Assembly (NCBI GenBank): GCA_040285745.1
Contig: JAUFOR010000002.1
Span: 186,001-250,000 of the forward strand
DNA length: 64,000 nt
Direction of reading: 5' to 3'
Source: Barthelona sp. PCE
Taxonomy: Eukaryota
Below are positions 34,050-44,717 of the stretch, piece by piece (position 1 is the first letter of the stretch; each line of letters opens with the position of its first letter). The translations under genes were made by a program, and so were the position numbers. The notes beneath the pieces were generated by a model. That model was not told the DNA's origin. It did no database searches and saw nothing but the letters and a program-made list of their open reading frames with translations.

Positions 34050-34270
34050 AATGAAGCATAGAATGTAGCATACCTTCTCACAAACACACAACACAACAAA
34101 TAATTACCACACAAAACATCAACACACAAAAACAATTGCAAATAGCTTTAGAGAAACAAGCTAAGTTCCATCACATCAAAAGATTGCCCACTAGTAAAGT
34201 TTTTTAAACTCACAGATAGATTTTTTATTGAAACAAAAATGGTTTCGAATTTTTCAAAAACTAAGCATCT

Positions 34271-35191
34271 TTACTTTGGCAACATATGAACAGGAATGAA
34301 GCTCAAATCAACATCTTCCTCTGCTTTTTGAGGCGCTTTTTTGCTTGACGGCTTACTTAAACTCATCAGAAGGTCGTTTCGTAGGGATTGTGCAGCAGGA
34401 CTCGGGCTTCGTGTTGGGTGACTTTTTTTAGGGACACTAAGGGCGTCTAAAAGGTCCCGTTCTCGGGCATTCTGCTGCTTGGGTGGTTGCTGTGGGGTGT
34501 TATTAGTTACAGGTTTTGGTTTTGTTGGTTCAAAATTCAAAAGATCCATTAATCCATTCGATTTTGGCTTTGGTTTGGGCTTCTCAACCACCACCGGTCT
34601 GTGAACAGGTGCAGCTGTTTGCACTGGTGGATCGGTTGTGGCATACTGCGATGAAACTGGTTTAGGAGAAGGAGCACTTCTGGTAGATGAAGTGGATGCC
34701 GATCGAAAACTTTCAAAAAGACCTGGCCCCTTCTTCGGCTGGGGTGATAGTAAACTGGAGTCTTGCACTCTGGGCTTTGTGCTAACCTCCATTTCAGCAT
34801 TTTGCTCCATTCTTTGATTTTGCAGATTTACGTCATCACTGTACCATTTCCTAGTAACATATTTATCGTATATGAATTTGGCCATGTCCTCTTGATTTTT
34901 GGGTCTTTGGAAGTTTGGTGGTAACAGCGCTTCGAATTTGCTGTTGACAATAATGTTTCCATTACGTGACATGTTCCTAACGCTTTCCAAATCCCAATCG
35001 TCGAGTGTGGAGCTTCTGACTCTACTATTGTTCGGTCCAAGTCCTCTATGGACACCTGCACAAGCTAAACAGAGGAAAACACCATGACTGTAGGAGCACC
35101 AACTCGGAGCCTTAGCTAGACAGTCGGAACACTGAGAATTCCCAGGTTTTTTTCTCAAATTCCTTAAAATACTCTTGAAATCCGTTGACAT
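34271..35191 (-). CDS. ArfGAP (SMAP-like)
   Basis: GNSQCSDC...PSWCS...GVFLCLACAGVHRGLG...SRVRS.TLD.W, FIYDKY; low-complexity tail with DLL motifs. Confidence 0.92.
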   Translation of the reverse strand: MSTDFKSILRNLRKKPGNSQCSDCLAKAPSWCSYSHGVFLCLACAGVHRGLGPNNSRVRSSTLDDWDLESVRNMSRNGNIIVNSKFEALLPPNFQRPKNQEDMAKFIYDKYVTRKWYSDDVNLQNQRMEQNAEMEVSTKPRVQDSSLLSPQPKKGPGLFESFRSASTSSTRSAPSPKPVSSQYATTDPPVQTAAPVHRPVVVEKPKPKPKSNGLMDLLNFEPTKPKPVTNNTPQQPPKQQNARERDLLDALSVPKKSHPTRSPSPAAQSLRNDLLMSLSKPSSKKAPQKAEEDVDLSFIPVHMLPK

Positions 35192-35944
35192 GTTAACAAA
35201 AAATCAAAGCAAGTCCCAAGATAAGGTAGAATATGCTAAAACACGTTTTCTGTTGTTTATACCAGTGGATTAAAGTTTAAGCACTCTTAATACTGATCTA
35301 GGAGCAAATAACAATCTAATGAAATATAGAATTTCCTTGTTTATTTTTTATTTAGCATTTATGTTGCACAATTTATTTCACACATGGATATGCGTGCCTT
35401 TGGCAGTGGCGCAAAGGGGTAAGAGGGCAGAATTTCTTTATAAAGTGTTATCGGTTCTCTAAACATTGTTATTATTGTTGAATAACATTAATCAGCTATT
35501 TCTATTTTTGTTTGGAATTCAAATGTAAACGGGCATCTTATAATTACTCTTTTTTGTTGGTGTTGCATTTAAAACTTTAGCTTTTTTGATCGTATGTTAT
35601 GAGTTCTGTACTTCATCGATGAACAAGTGGCTGAAGAAGTAGGGCCGGATAAAGCTGAAGAATTGAAACATTTAGGAGCTTTAAGCGGGAGTTGGATAAC
35701 GGTAGCAGTATACTTGCAATTTTGGTTTTTTTGGTGCATTATTTCTGATTAATGGTTTAATTGAATCAGTTAATGATGTTAAGTATTCATATATCACCCA
35801 ATGTCATCATCAGCACATCATTATTTCTTTAATGTAATGTATGAAAAGTAAATTGTTGTTAAGAAATTCACGTCTTTTTTCAGGGCCTGTTTTCATATTA
35901 TTGAGAAATATTACGCACGTTTTTCATTAATTGATATACGGAAT

Positions 35945-36385
35945 ATGCAAGAAGCACTGTTAAACGATGAAGAACCCTATGTCACAATTCTGATTCATGT
36001 AAGAACTTTAATAGGTCACGTGAAGGAGGTGTTGCATGATCTCAGGGAGATGGAAGCTGAAGAATTGGCCTCAGCTGTTGTTAGTACACGGAATGTGTTT
36101 GTAAGTTCTCGAAATGAATTATCAGAAGTGTTAGGATGGCTTCCTCCTTTGGCAGAGAACAAGCTAAATAAGGAAGATGTGGAAGAATTTGAGGAAATTT
36201 TGAGAAAATATCTGCAAGCTAACGATTTTATTGTGAGGCTTGAACTTGAGCTTATTCGTCTGCCTTACTTGGAGTTCGAGACAGAATTGGACCATAGAGT
36301 GGAAAAAGCAAGAGTATTAGAAGAATTGCACATCCATAAAATGACTTTTAATGAATGTAATGAACTTTTGATGGATTTTGAATAG
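35945..36385 (+). CDS. hypothetical acidic helical protein
   Basis: 146 aa ATG ORF, Glu/Leu rich. Confidence 0.6.
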   Translation: MQEALLNDEEPYVTILIHVRTLIGHVKEVLHDLREMEAEELASAVVSTRNVFVSSRNELSEVLGWLPPLAENKLNKEDVEEFEEILRKYLQANDFIVRLELELIRLPYLEFETELDHRVEKARVLEELHIHKMTFNECNELLMDFE

Positions 36386-36684
36386 ATTATCAATTTTACA
36401 TATAAAAATTTGAATTCAAGAGCATGTTAAAGTTGTGCAAAGATTGTGAGCAAGAGTTTTTGAATAACGCATTTTTTTGAAGAATATTTTTAGTTGGGGA
36501 CAACAAATCCTGCGAAATGATAAACTTTTTAATGTGTACATATTATAATTTATACTATACAGCACAATACAATATTTCATTAATTGGACTTAAAAGGCTC
36601 ATTTTCATGTTTTCAGAATATTCTTACTGTACCCATCTGTTCACACATTGTTGCACTTTTTCATGTTGAGTAAACCACTGTAAA

Positions 36685-39600
36685 ATGATTCAGAATGTTT
36701 TACCTTTCTGCACCCTAACCACATTCATTTTTGATTTGAGAATGACCTCTTTAAACATTGGGGAGGATCACTCCAATGACCCTAACATGTTAGGTTTTAG
36801 TTCTGAAAACCAAATGAACTTTTTTGAGAACAATATAGAAGCTTCGTTTATTGAGTCAGAGGGATATGATTCGGGTGATTCATTCCTGGACAACGTAGAC
36901 ACGAGCACATATTTAATGAATTCAAGACAGATTGACGAGGATTCATCAGAAGATGAGTCAAAGAACAAGAAAAATGGTTCAAGGGCAAATCAAGACACTC
37001 AATTCGGCGAGAGTGTTCTCCAAACAGGATTTAAAGCTGTTGAACAAATAGGGCAAACGGGAAGTAACTTTGGTATGTTCTCAATTTCAATTTTCAACAC
37101 TCTCAATCAGTTTTTTGCAGGGTATATTGTTCAATTACCCCTTTTCTATAGTTTTTTAAATATTGATTTGAGTAGTTGGAGTCCTTTTATGAAATCTTTA
37201 TTGGGATGGATTTTGAGAATAATTTCATCAGCTACAGACTGGTACACAAATCTCTTAAAAAGATTTACATGGACAATATCTGTTGTTAGTTCAATTATTA
37301 TGTTTAGTCTTACGTTTTGGATCCCTGCTACATTAAGTGCATTGATAAGGTATGGTTCAAAGCAATACGAACGCAAAGCCAGACGCTCTAGGTGGGAGAA
37401 GTTTAAAACTTTTTTTATCTATAACTTTTTTTATTACGGACTAATGTTTTTCTTGACAGTTTTAAGTCACATGTGGGATTTCGGTATTTCTTTCGACTTC
37501 ACTGACGGGTTAACTGTTCAATCATTTAATTTTATTGTTCTCATAGTTACTATTTATCTTTTAGCTCCAAGTATCGTTAGTGTTGTTGCTTTTCCAGCAA
37601 AAAAAATGAGTATTGGATCATGGCTCTATCTAAAGGCTTTCATATCAAGACTTTCTTCAGCTGCAAAGACTCAGTTTAAAATTTTTCAGAATTTATTTTT
37701 ACCGAAAGACAAGTTCATCTTGTGGCGTATTCTTGTTAATGTTCCTTTGTATATAATCTGTTTGGTTAATCTTGCAGTAATTATGATTTTCGTTGAACTT
37801 GCAGCGTTTTTGCATATTGGAACACTTTCACTACCAATGATCTTGGGTATATGGAAAACTAGTAGGAAGCAAAAAACTTTATCAACTCGTTCTGGGTTGG
37901 GTGTTGTGGGAGCAGTTCAGTTCTGGCAGATTCCATGTTTGGCATCTATTGGTATGGGTTTTATTGGTGAAATTTTAAATTTTAAATGGTTGTGGTTGTT
38001 TTACCTTAAATTCTGTCTAGTCTTTTCTTATTTCTTTGTACTTGAAGTTTATCACACCGCATTGTTGAAAGTCTCAGATGAAAAGAAAATCGGTGTGTAT
38101 TCATCTAATGTACATGAATTTGAGGCGAATCAACACAATGTTGAAGCAACTGTACGTTCACTTTTGTGGTCAGCTCTTCCAGGTGGTTCAATCATTTCCC
38201 TTACTGCTCGTTGGATGTCATCTCCCCCACTCCGTTACCGTAGTGCCTCACCTTTGGTGGGTATCAAAAGATATACTTCAGCGTGGATATTCAGTTTAGT
38301 TTCCGTATCTCTTTACGTTATTGGTTTCATATTAGTTGATTCAAGTTTGTATTTCATGATTGGATTTGTTGTGGTGATGTTTGTTTCTCGGTTTCTCTAC
38401 TTTGGCTCATCCGAGAACGATAATATAGTCAAGTTACTTGATAATGAAAAAGCACGTAAACACGCTGAAGAGAAGATGTTCTCCAGTTTAACACCTGAGG
38501 AATTCGAAGAGACCATTGCCGAATTGGAAATGTCGTTTTATAGCAAACATTTTGAAGATTTTGCTTCAGCTTGGGAGTCGATTTGTTTTAACTTTGGAAC
38601 ATGGAATTCAGATTTGACAATGATTCATGCCAGTATTATTCGTGCAACAAAAAGGGCGGCAGAAGCAGACTTTGGAGACTTTTGGCACAGAAATTACTGT
38701 CAGTGGTTTGAATGTTTGAGTAATGAATGCCCTGTTACTCATAGTGCACGTTCAAATACGACTACAAAGGTATCTTCTGCATATTTGAATGGATGGGACA
38801 TTTCATCTACCAGCTTTCGGGATTACCTTTTTGAGGCAGCTGGTATAGCTGATGTTTCTGTCGATTATATATACTCATATATTGCAATGTTGCTCATGTC
38901 TGAGCGCTTACACAACTCAGTTGTCTTTGAGATGAGTTCTTTGGCGAAGGATATTGTTTTAACTCATAATTCTGTCTTTAGGAAGAATATTAAGGTTGAT
39001 GTTCCGGCTGTTAACGCAGAATTTTTGACCAATAACATGACAATTATCAGTGGATTTGTGCTTGCATATCAGATGAACCACTTGAAATTGAGCTCTTATA
39101 ATGAAGATAGTACTTTCTTAGAGTGTTACAGTTATGATTTGGGTGTTTGCTCAGCATTACGTGTTTTATCCGGTGAGATTAACCCTTATAAGACGCTTAA
39201 AGTGGGCATTAAGAGCATTGTGAAGGATCACCATCGAGAGAAACATCAAGGTTTAACTATAGATAGGGGAGTTGGTGCTGCCTTCATTTGGGGTAAGAAT
39301 GTGCCGGAAATTAATATTATGCCGTCTATTTGCACATGTGAACCCGAGGAGCTCATGATATCGTGCGCTTGTTTGCTTATGCATTGGAGTGGTGTTGTTG
39401 GAACGAAGAAAATGCAGCTTTCCATTCCATTTGTGGAAGTTCCTTCAATTTATTTCACAAGGAACTCGTGTATTGAACATTTGATGAAATATCGCAAGTC
39501 CAGAAGCTGGGAAATAGCCACAAGAGGTTATCTCAATGCCCTTTATTTGTGTGATGAGATCCTTCTCAAGAATTACTTCAGTGAGTATACCATACGCGCA

Positions 39601-40062
39601 TTTCTTCTTCATACTTTGAAGTTGGGAATTAACGGTATGGGATTTGCTGCACCAGGATTCGTCATGTTATATCTTAAACAGGATCTTTATTCTGATGCAT
39701 GGAACTTTAACAAGAAGATGTCTGAGGCCGGTCTTTCTGATTGGATCATTAATAATTATATCGTTCGATCGATTTCAGGCACAAAATTGAAGCCAACTGT
39801 ATGTCTTTCTACTGCTCGTCAGGCCGGTCACATGATTGACAACTTATCTTGCCGTGATACAGATAGCACGCGTCGATTACTGCGTATTGCAGTTGAAAAC
39901 AGTCTTTGGGAACAAAACCAAAAATGTGATGAGTTATGTGAGATCGCAAAGGCTATGGTTACGGGCACAAAGGGTATGAATAGAAGCATATCTCACGGAG
40001 AAAGTATGGCACGACTGCCCATTCTTCAATCAGCGGAAATCGCACTTGTTTATGATGATTAA
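36685..40062 (+). CDS. multi-pass membrane protein with large C-terminal soluble domain, unknown function
   Basis: 1125 aa; acidic N-terminus, many hydrophobic segments in roughly aa 130-575. True start may be the second Met. Confidence 0.75.
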   Translation: MIQNVLPFCTLTTFIFDLRMTSLNIGEDHSNDPNMLGFSSENQMNFFENNIEASFIESEGYDSGDSFLDNVDTSTYLMNSRQIDEDSSEDESKNKKNGSRANQDTQFGESVLQTGFKAVEQIGQTGSNFGMFSISIFNTLNQFFAGYIVQLPLFYSFLNIDLSSWSPFMKSLLGWILRIISSATDWYTNLLKRFTWTISVVSSIIMFSLTFWIPATLSALIRYGSKQYERKARRSRWEKFKTFFIYNFFYYGLMFFLTVLSHMWDFGISFDFTDGLTVQSFNFIVLIVTIYLLAPSIVSVVAFPAKKMSIGSWLYLKAFISRLSSAAKTQFKIFQNLFLPKDKFILWRILVNVPLYIICLVNLAVIMIFVELAAFLHIGTLSLPMILGIWKTSRKQKTLSTRSGLGVVGAVQFWQIPCLASIGMGFIGEILNFKWLWLFYLKFCLVFSYFFVLEVYHTALLKVSDEKKIGVYSSNVHEFEANQHNVEATVRSLLWSALPGGSIISLTARWMSSPPLRYRSASPLVGIKRYTSAWIFSLVSVSLYVIGFILVDSSLYFMIGFVVVMFVSRFLYFGSSENDNIVKLLDNEKARKHAEEKMFSSLTPEEFEETIAELEMSFYSKHFEDFASAWESICFNFGTWNSDLTMIHASIIRATKRAAEADFGDFWHRNYCQWFECLSNECPVTHSARSNTTTKVSSAYLNGWDISSTSFRDYLFEAAGIADVSVDYIYSYIAMLLMSERLHNSVVFEMSSLAKDIVLTHNSVFRKNIKVDVPAVNAEFLTNNMTIISGFVLAYQMNHLKLSSYNEDSTFLECYSYDLGVCSALRVLSGEINPYKTLKVGIKSIVKDHHREKHQGLTIDRGVGAAFIWGKNVPEINIMPSICTCEPEELMISCACLLMHWSGVVGTKKMQLSIPFVEVPSIYFTRNSCIEHLMKYRKSRSWEIATRGYLNALYLCDEILLKNYFSEYTIRAFLLHTLKLGINGMGFAAPGFVMLYLKQDLYSDAWNFNKKMSEAGLSDWIINNYIVRSISGTKLKPTVCLSTARQAGHMIDNLSCRDTDSTRRLLRIAVENSLWEQNQKCDELCEIAKAMVTGTKGMNRSISHGESMARLPILQSAEIALVYDD

Positions 40063-40106
40063 CCACTTTTACTATTATTATTATTATTATTGTTGTAAAT
40101 ACATTA

Positions 40107-41510
40107 TTACTCATTACGCCTCACATGGATCTCTGAGCATGTATATGCACTATGTGCCATACTCAATAAGCTGATCATCATTGCGCTATTGTTCTGCATC
40201 GAAGCATTGGTTGATATCATTACTTTGCGAATATTTAAGCTCAAGAAAGAGCTCATCTGATGTAAATAAGTGCTACATTTCAGTCCAATGGCGTTGTTCC
40301 TGATATCTAAGACGTACCATTCTGAATTATCGTGATGCGAGTTGGTGCTGATATTGGTGCAAAGACTTGTCAGCATTAAATATAAAGATTCATCATTCAA
40401 TTCGCAATTGTTCATACGGAGCGCTTTAAGAGACCTCAAACTTTGATTCATAAATACTGAAGTGAAAGCATCAATAACCAAGTCAAAACGTAGGTTGTTA
40501 CCGCTGAGATCCAAGTACTGTATTGATACGGACGATAAAGCTTCGAGAATGTGGACCAGTGTAAGCGGGGGAAGGTTACAGTTAGGGACACCGAACACCT
40601 CAAAGTTGATACCCATACTCAAAAGGAAGCTAATAAGTGCATTATCTATAGATCCTAATACACAACTGTCTAAAATAAGTGTTGTTATACTTGAATTGCA
40701 TGTCAGACCGTCAAAGAAATGGTTCCACCCAGTATTTACCCTGGAGATATTCTTAACATATAAACGCTTCAATCTACACATTGGATTCGCTAAAAAGTTA
40801 CTCAACAGCGGCATGTATGCATTTGTTAAGCCACATGAGTCGAATGTTATCTCTGATACGCAAGCATTGTGACAAAGTCGAAGTATCATATCCAAATCAG
40901 TTAGACTGACATATTCATTGATTATAAGAGCTTCGCCCTCGTTCGGTACAATGGAATTAGCAGACTCGACCTTGTTCAACAGTTTAGCTGCAATAATGGA
41001 AACAGTGGCATTTAAATTTCCCATATCACGAGCAAGAGAGTTAAAATCTACACTGATCATTTGCATTTCAATGTTATCTACCCATTGTTCCATGATCTCT
41101 TTTGTCTTTGCTCCCATTATAAGAACCCTATTATCACTTGTAAGAGAAAAAAAGTGAGGATATGCCTGTGGTTCTTCACTGTCATCTTTAACATCCTGCT
41201 GCATTTCTTCTTCGGTAAGGAATGCCTGGGGATTGATCTCTGCAACAATAATATTTTCAATATTCATGATTCCCCTAGGCTGTCCAGATTCATCCTCGTT
41301 TTTGTAATATAAAAGGAATTTACCTCTTAATACAAAGTGACGTAGCTTCCAATTCCTGCGTAGCCGACCCTGTTTAATTAAAGGTCCCCTATAAACAATG
41401 GGAAAATCAGTAATTTTGTCTAAATCAAATTCCTCATCCCTTGTATGTGTATTTTCAATTTCATCCTCCAGATTGACCTGGCTACCACTCTTAGAGAAGG
41501 GCCACGGCAT
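40107..41510 (-). CDS. PH domain + RNI-like leucine-rich repeat protein
   Basis: GPLIKQG...NWKLRHFVL...LLYYK...W PH domain; LDLSGNNL, LRMNNCEL, LDIRNNAI LRRs. Confidence 0.85.
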   Translation of the reverse strand: MPWPFSKSGSQVNLEDEIENTHTRDEEFDLDKITDFPIVYRGPLIKQGRLRRNWKLRHFVLRGKFLLYYKNEDESGQPRGIMNIENIIVAEINPQAFLTEEEMQQDVKDDSEEPQAYPHFFSLTSDNRVLIMGAKTKEIMEQWVDNIEMQMISVDFNSLARDMGNLNATVSIIAAKLLNKVESANSIVPNEGEALIINEYVSLTDLDMILRLCHNACVSEITFDSCGLTNAYMPLLSNFLANPMCRLKRLYVKNISRVNTGWNHFFDGLTCNSSITTLILDSCVLGSIDNALISFLLSMGINFEVFGVPNCNLPPLTLVHILEALSSVSIQYLDLSGNNLRFDLVIDAFTSVFMNQSLRSLKALRMNNCELNDESLYLMLTSLCTNISTNSHHDNSEWYVLDIRNNAIGLKCSTYLHQMSSFLSLNIRKVMISTNASMQNNSAMMISLLSMAHSAYTCSEIHVRRNE

Positions 41511-41590
41511 GTATATGAGGGAGAAAAGGTTAGAAGTTGTTTTACAATTGTTTTTGTTGTTTAACCCATTTCAATATTGTTAATACCGAT

Positions 41591-42565
41591 ATGTCAGCAG
41601 CAAGATATGTTGACGCATCCAAAATAGGATTGAGAGAACCTGGAAGAAGGTCTAACGAAGAGAAAGTTTATGAAGATGAAGATCAAGTCCATTATGTCAA
41701 ACGTTCCACACCAATAGTGAACGCCCCAGCAGCACCCATTATCAATGATGACATCCCCCAAGCAGCTGTTGAACAGGAACAACAACCAATTTATGAGCCG
41801 GAACAACCGACTGTTTCTGAGGGAAGGTCAAGAAGCAACTCTGCAAAGAGGAAGAGCGAGGAGGATGAAGTACCTGAAGCTTCTAAATTGCGTACAATAA
41901 TAACGCTAATCATCATCGCATCAATTTTTGGTATTGTTAGTCGAAGTGTCTTTGGAAGCAACACACTGTGTACGCTAGACAACGTGCGTATCGAGCGTGG
42001 GTATAAGTATTCCATTAATAAGCCTGTTGTCGAGTCCAGTGAGTATGTGCCTACTGGTGCCATAGTTTTAGGATCAGATGTTCACTTTAGAACAGAAACT
42101 TATGTAGTTGGGGTTGACAAAAGATGTAGGACAGTTACTAAATATAGACAGATGGAAGAATACGTTGAAACTATCGCTACTAATGATGCCAATGGTTATT
42201 CAGAACGAGATATTTATCGTAAAGTTGACGTACCATACACAGAGGAGGAGTGTGAGGAGATTGAAGTTACAGAGACACGTGATGTTCCTTACACAATATA
42301 TACTTATGAAGTTATGCGTGAGAAAAGAGAAAAAGTTTTTAACAACGGTGATTGTGAAACAGTTATTGGATTCCCTAGTCTTCCTGAGGGTGCATACAAG
42401 ATTGAGTCATACGGAAAGGCTGTTCTTGTTATGATTGATGATAACGATCATGTTGTTGAGTCAACAATTGCTGAACGTGAATTTGCAGATTATTGCCAAC
42501 GTAGGAACAAAATGTTTCAGGTGACCAAAGGTCTTTTTAGGGTTAAAAATATTGCTCAATTGTAA
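41591..42565 (+). CDS. single-pass membrane protein with beta-rich extracellular domain
   Basis: Disordered N-terminus, TM IITLIIIASIFGIV, then a Tyr/Glu/Thr-rich domain. Confidence 0.75.
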   Translation: MSAARYVDASKIGLREPGRRSNEEKVYEDEDQVHYVKRSTPIVNAPAAPIINDDIPQAAVEQEQQPIYEPEQPTVSEGRSRSNSAKRKSEEDEVPEASKLRTIITLIIIASIFGIVSRSVFGSNTLCTLDNVRIERGYKYSINKPVVESSEYVPTGAIVLGSDVHFRTETYVVGVDKRCRTVTKYRQMEEYVETIATNDANGYSERDIYRKVDVPYTEEECEEIEVTETRDVPYTIYTYEVMREKREKVFNNGDCETVIGFPSLPEGAYKIESYGKAVLVMIDDNDHVVESTIAEREFADYCQRRNKMFQVTKGLFRVKNIAQL

Positions 42566-42759
42566 ATAAATCATTTTTTACAAGTGCAGGTCAACCGAAA
42601 TTTCTTGTATTTAGACTGTTACAATCCAACCAATGCCTCAAATCCATTATGTAACCACATCCACTGATATATAGGAACTCAAAATCCAAGAGTAGATTGC
42701 ATTACCTTTTTTTTCTCTTTCTTATTTTCGTTTTCCAACGTTTAAATAATTTCAAAAGG

Positions 42760-44649
42760 ATGAATTTTGACTCATTGGCCGGGAGTTTTGATGATTTTTT
42801 CGAAGAAGACAATGATTTTATGGATAATCTTACAAAAACTCTTGAAACAGCAGAAAACGATTTTGCTGTACCTTCTGTTACGTCCCATGTGTTTTTAGTG
42901 GACATGAACGAAAAAATGTTTGAGGATTTGGGCAAGGGCAGCGAAATTATTGGTGAAGACTTTGAATTCCCTCTTCAATTGGCATTCAGACTTATTGAGC
43001 ACACTGTACACAACTTACTTTACTCGAACCCCAAGGATGAGATCAGTATATTCCTATACAACTGTAATGACAAGCATCAAGATATTGTTAATCTGATTCC
43101 CCTGAAACAAGCTGGTATTGTAGATATCCAGTTGATCCAGGAGTTCGGAAGAGAGGAAGATAAACTTGAGGAGTATGTTGGTTCAGCATTTAAAGAGTAT
43201 ACGCTTTCACGTGCTTTGCAACAGGCTGTAACTCTTTTTGATTCGTTCGGTAACCGTCGTAATAGAAACCTGTGGGTGTTTACTGTCGAGGAAGACCCAT
43301 GTAAGGGGAAGGGTGCTGCACAGAAGAAGTGTGCTCAAGTATTCAATTCTGTTTTGGAAAACCAAACAGATATTCAGTTGGTTTTTTGTGATGAGCATGA
43401 GGAAAAGAACCTTAATTTTTGGAAGCAGATTGTTGCGGGCGATTACGGAACTGAACTACCATCCTTCTTCATTACAATGGAAGATGCAATGACTTATCTG
43501 TTACAGAAGAACACTACAGTGACAGTATCAAAGCGTCCATCCGCATACGTTCCATTTCAGGCTGGTGATCTTGAGTTCTTCGTCGAATGTTGGGGTCTTG
43601 TCCGCACTGTTACAAAACCTACTTCAACTATTGCAGTTTATACGGATGGTCGTACAGAGAAGTCCAAGCTCAAGCGTCTTATGACGTATATGGACCCTGA
43701 AACAGAGGAACCCTACACTGCAGCTGAAATTGAAGCTGTGTTTGAGGTTGGTAGTAGACGTGTTATTGCAAACAAAGCTTTGTTGAAGAGATTACCTGTA
43801 TTTGGTGAACGTTCGATGAGATTGCTCGGATTTAAACCATTGTCACAGTTTGCTTCTCAGGAGAATGATCGATTTTTGGGTAAAAGTGTATTTATCCGTC
43901 CAGCTGAAGGCAAGAAACTAAATAGCACAAACCAGTTCTTGTCATTATGGTCCGCCATGATACATAAGGGAGTTGTAGGTATGGTTACATTCCAGCGTCA
44001 TACTAGCGCAAAACTACAATACGGTTTTCTGGTTCCCTATCAACCAATTGAGGGATTTGATGTTGGTGAAGGCTTTCTATATTTCCCACTTCCCTTCTCG
44101 CACCAGATAAGAGAGCTGCCCATTCCACCACAGCTATCAGATGAAGTAGATACTGAACTGAAGAATTTTTGGATTGAATTTCTTGCAAACACAACTTCTA
44201 AGTATCATCCAGCCAACATCAGCAGCCCAGCATTGGAACTTTCAACTCAGAAGTTGGACAGTGTAGCGTTGAACATTCCTTTCGATCCGAACAGTATTAT
44301 TGATCAAACAGTTCCACAATACACACGTATTGCACAGATGAGGATCATGGAGCGCGAGGGAATCGACATGAATGAGGCTGAGGTACGTGCACAACAAGTT
44401 CTTGAGGATTTCTCAAATGCAATGCAGGGGATGCAACCAGTACAGCGATCGAGGACATCATCACGTCGAGTAGCACCAAAAGAGGAGATTGGAGAAATCA
44501 CTGATGAACTTGTTCAGCGTTTGGTTACTAATGGAACACTGAAGCAGCTCAAGGTGCCACAATTGAAAGAATTTTTGGCTGCTAAAGGTATAGCACGTTC
44601 GGGGCGCAAGGCTGATCTCATGGAACGTGTTGAAGAATACTTTGCTTAA
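42760..44649 (+). CDS. KU70: Ku70 (vWA, beta-barrel, C-terminal SAP)
   Basis: VFLVD....MF, NPKDEISIFLYN, LWVFT..EDP, MRLLGFKP, FI.P, LPFS..IR, SPAL; SAP LKVPQLKEFL...G.K.DL.ERV. Confidence 0.92.
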   Translation: MNFDSLAGSFDDFFEEDNDFMDNLTKTLETAENDFAVPSVTSHVFLVDMNEKMFEDLGKGSEIIGEDFEFPLQLAFRLIEHTVHNLLYSNPKDEISIFLYNCNDKHQDIVNLIPLKQAGIVDIQLIQEFGREEDKLEEYVGSAFKEYTLSRALQQAVTLFDSFGNRRNRNLWVFTVEEDPCKGKGAAQKKCAQVFNSVLENQTDIQLVFCDEHEEKNLNFWKQIVAGDYGTELPSFFITMEDAMTYLLQKNTTVTVSKRPSAYVPFQAGDLEFFVECWGLVRTVTKPTSTIAVYTDGRTEKSKLKRLMTYMDPETEEPYTAAEIEAVFEVGSRRVIANKALLKRLPVFGERSMRLLGFKPLSQFASQENDRFLGKSVFIRPAEGKKLNSTNQFLSLWSAMIHKGVVGMVTFQRHTSAKLQYGFLVPYQPIEGFDVGEGFLYFPLPFSHQIRELPIPPQLSDEVDTELKNFWIEFLANTTSKYHPANISSPALELSTQKLDSVALNIPFDPNSIIDQTVPQYTRIAQMRIMEREGIDMNEAEVRAQQVLEDFSNAMQGMQPVQRSRTSSRRVAPKEEIGEITDELVQRLVTNGTLKQLKVPQLKEFLAAKGIARSGRKADLMERVEEYFA

Positions 44650-44717
44650 CACAGTAAATATTTGGGTCGTTTTTTGCTTTATCCACCATTTCAAGTTTGT
44701 TTTTATTTAATTGGGTA

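Noticed and set aside
40073-40109. (TAT)n microsatellite between convergent genes
   Set aside because: Short simple repeat with no evidence of function.
9727-44649. Apparent functional clustering (SLX1/RAD52/KU70; TOR/4E-BP/RapGAP; flagellar genes)
   Set aside because: The genes are interspersed with unrelated ones on both strands, as expected by chance in a gene-dense genome.
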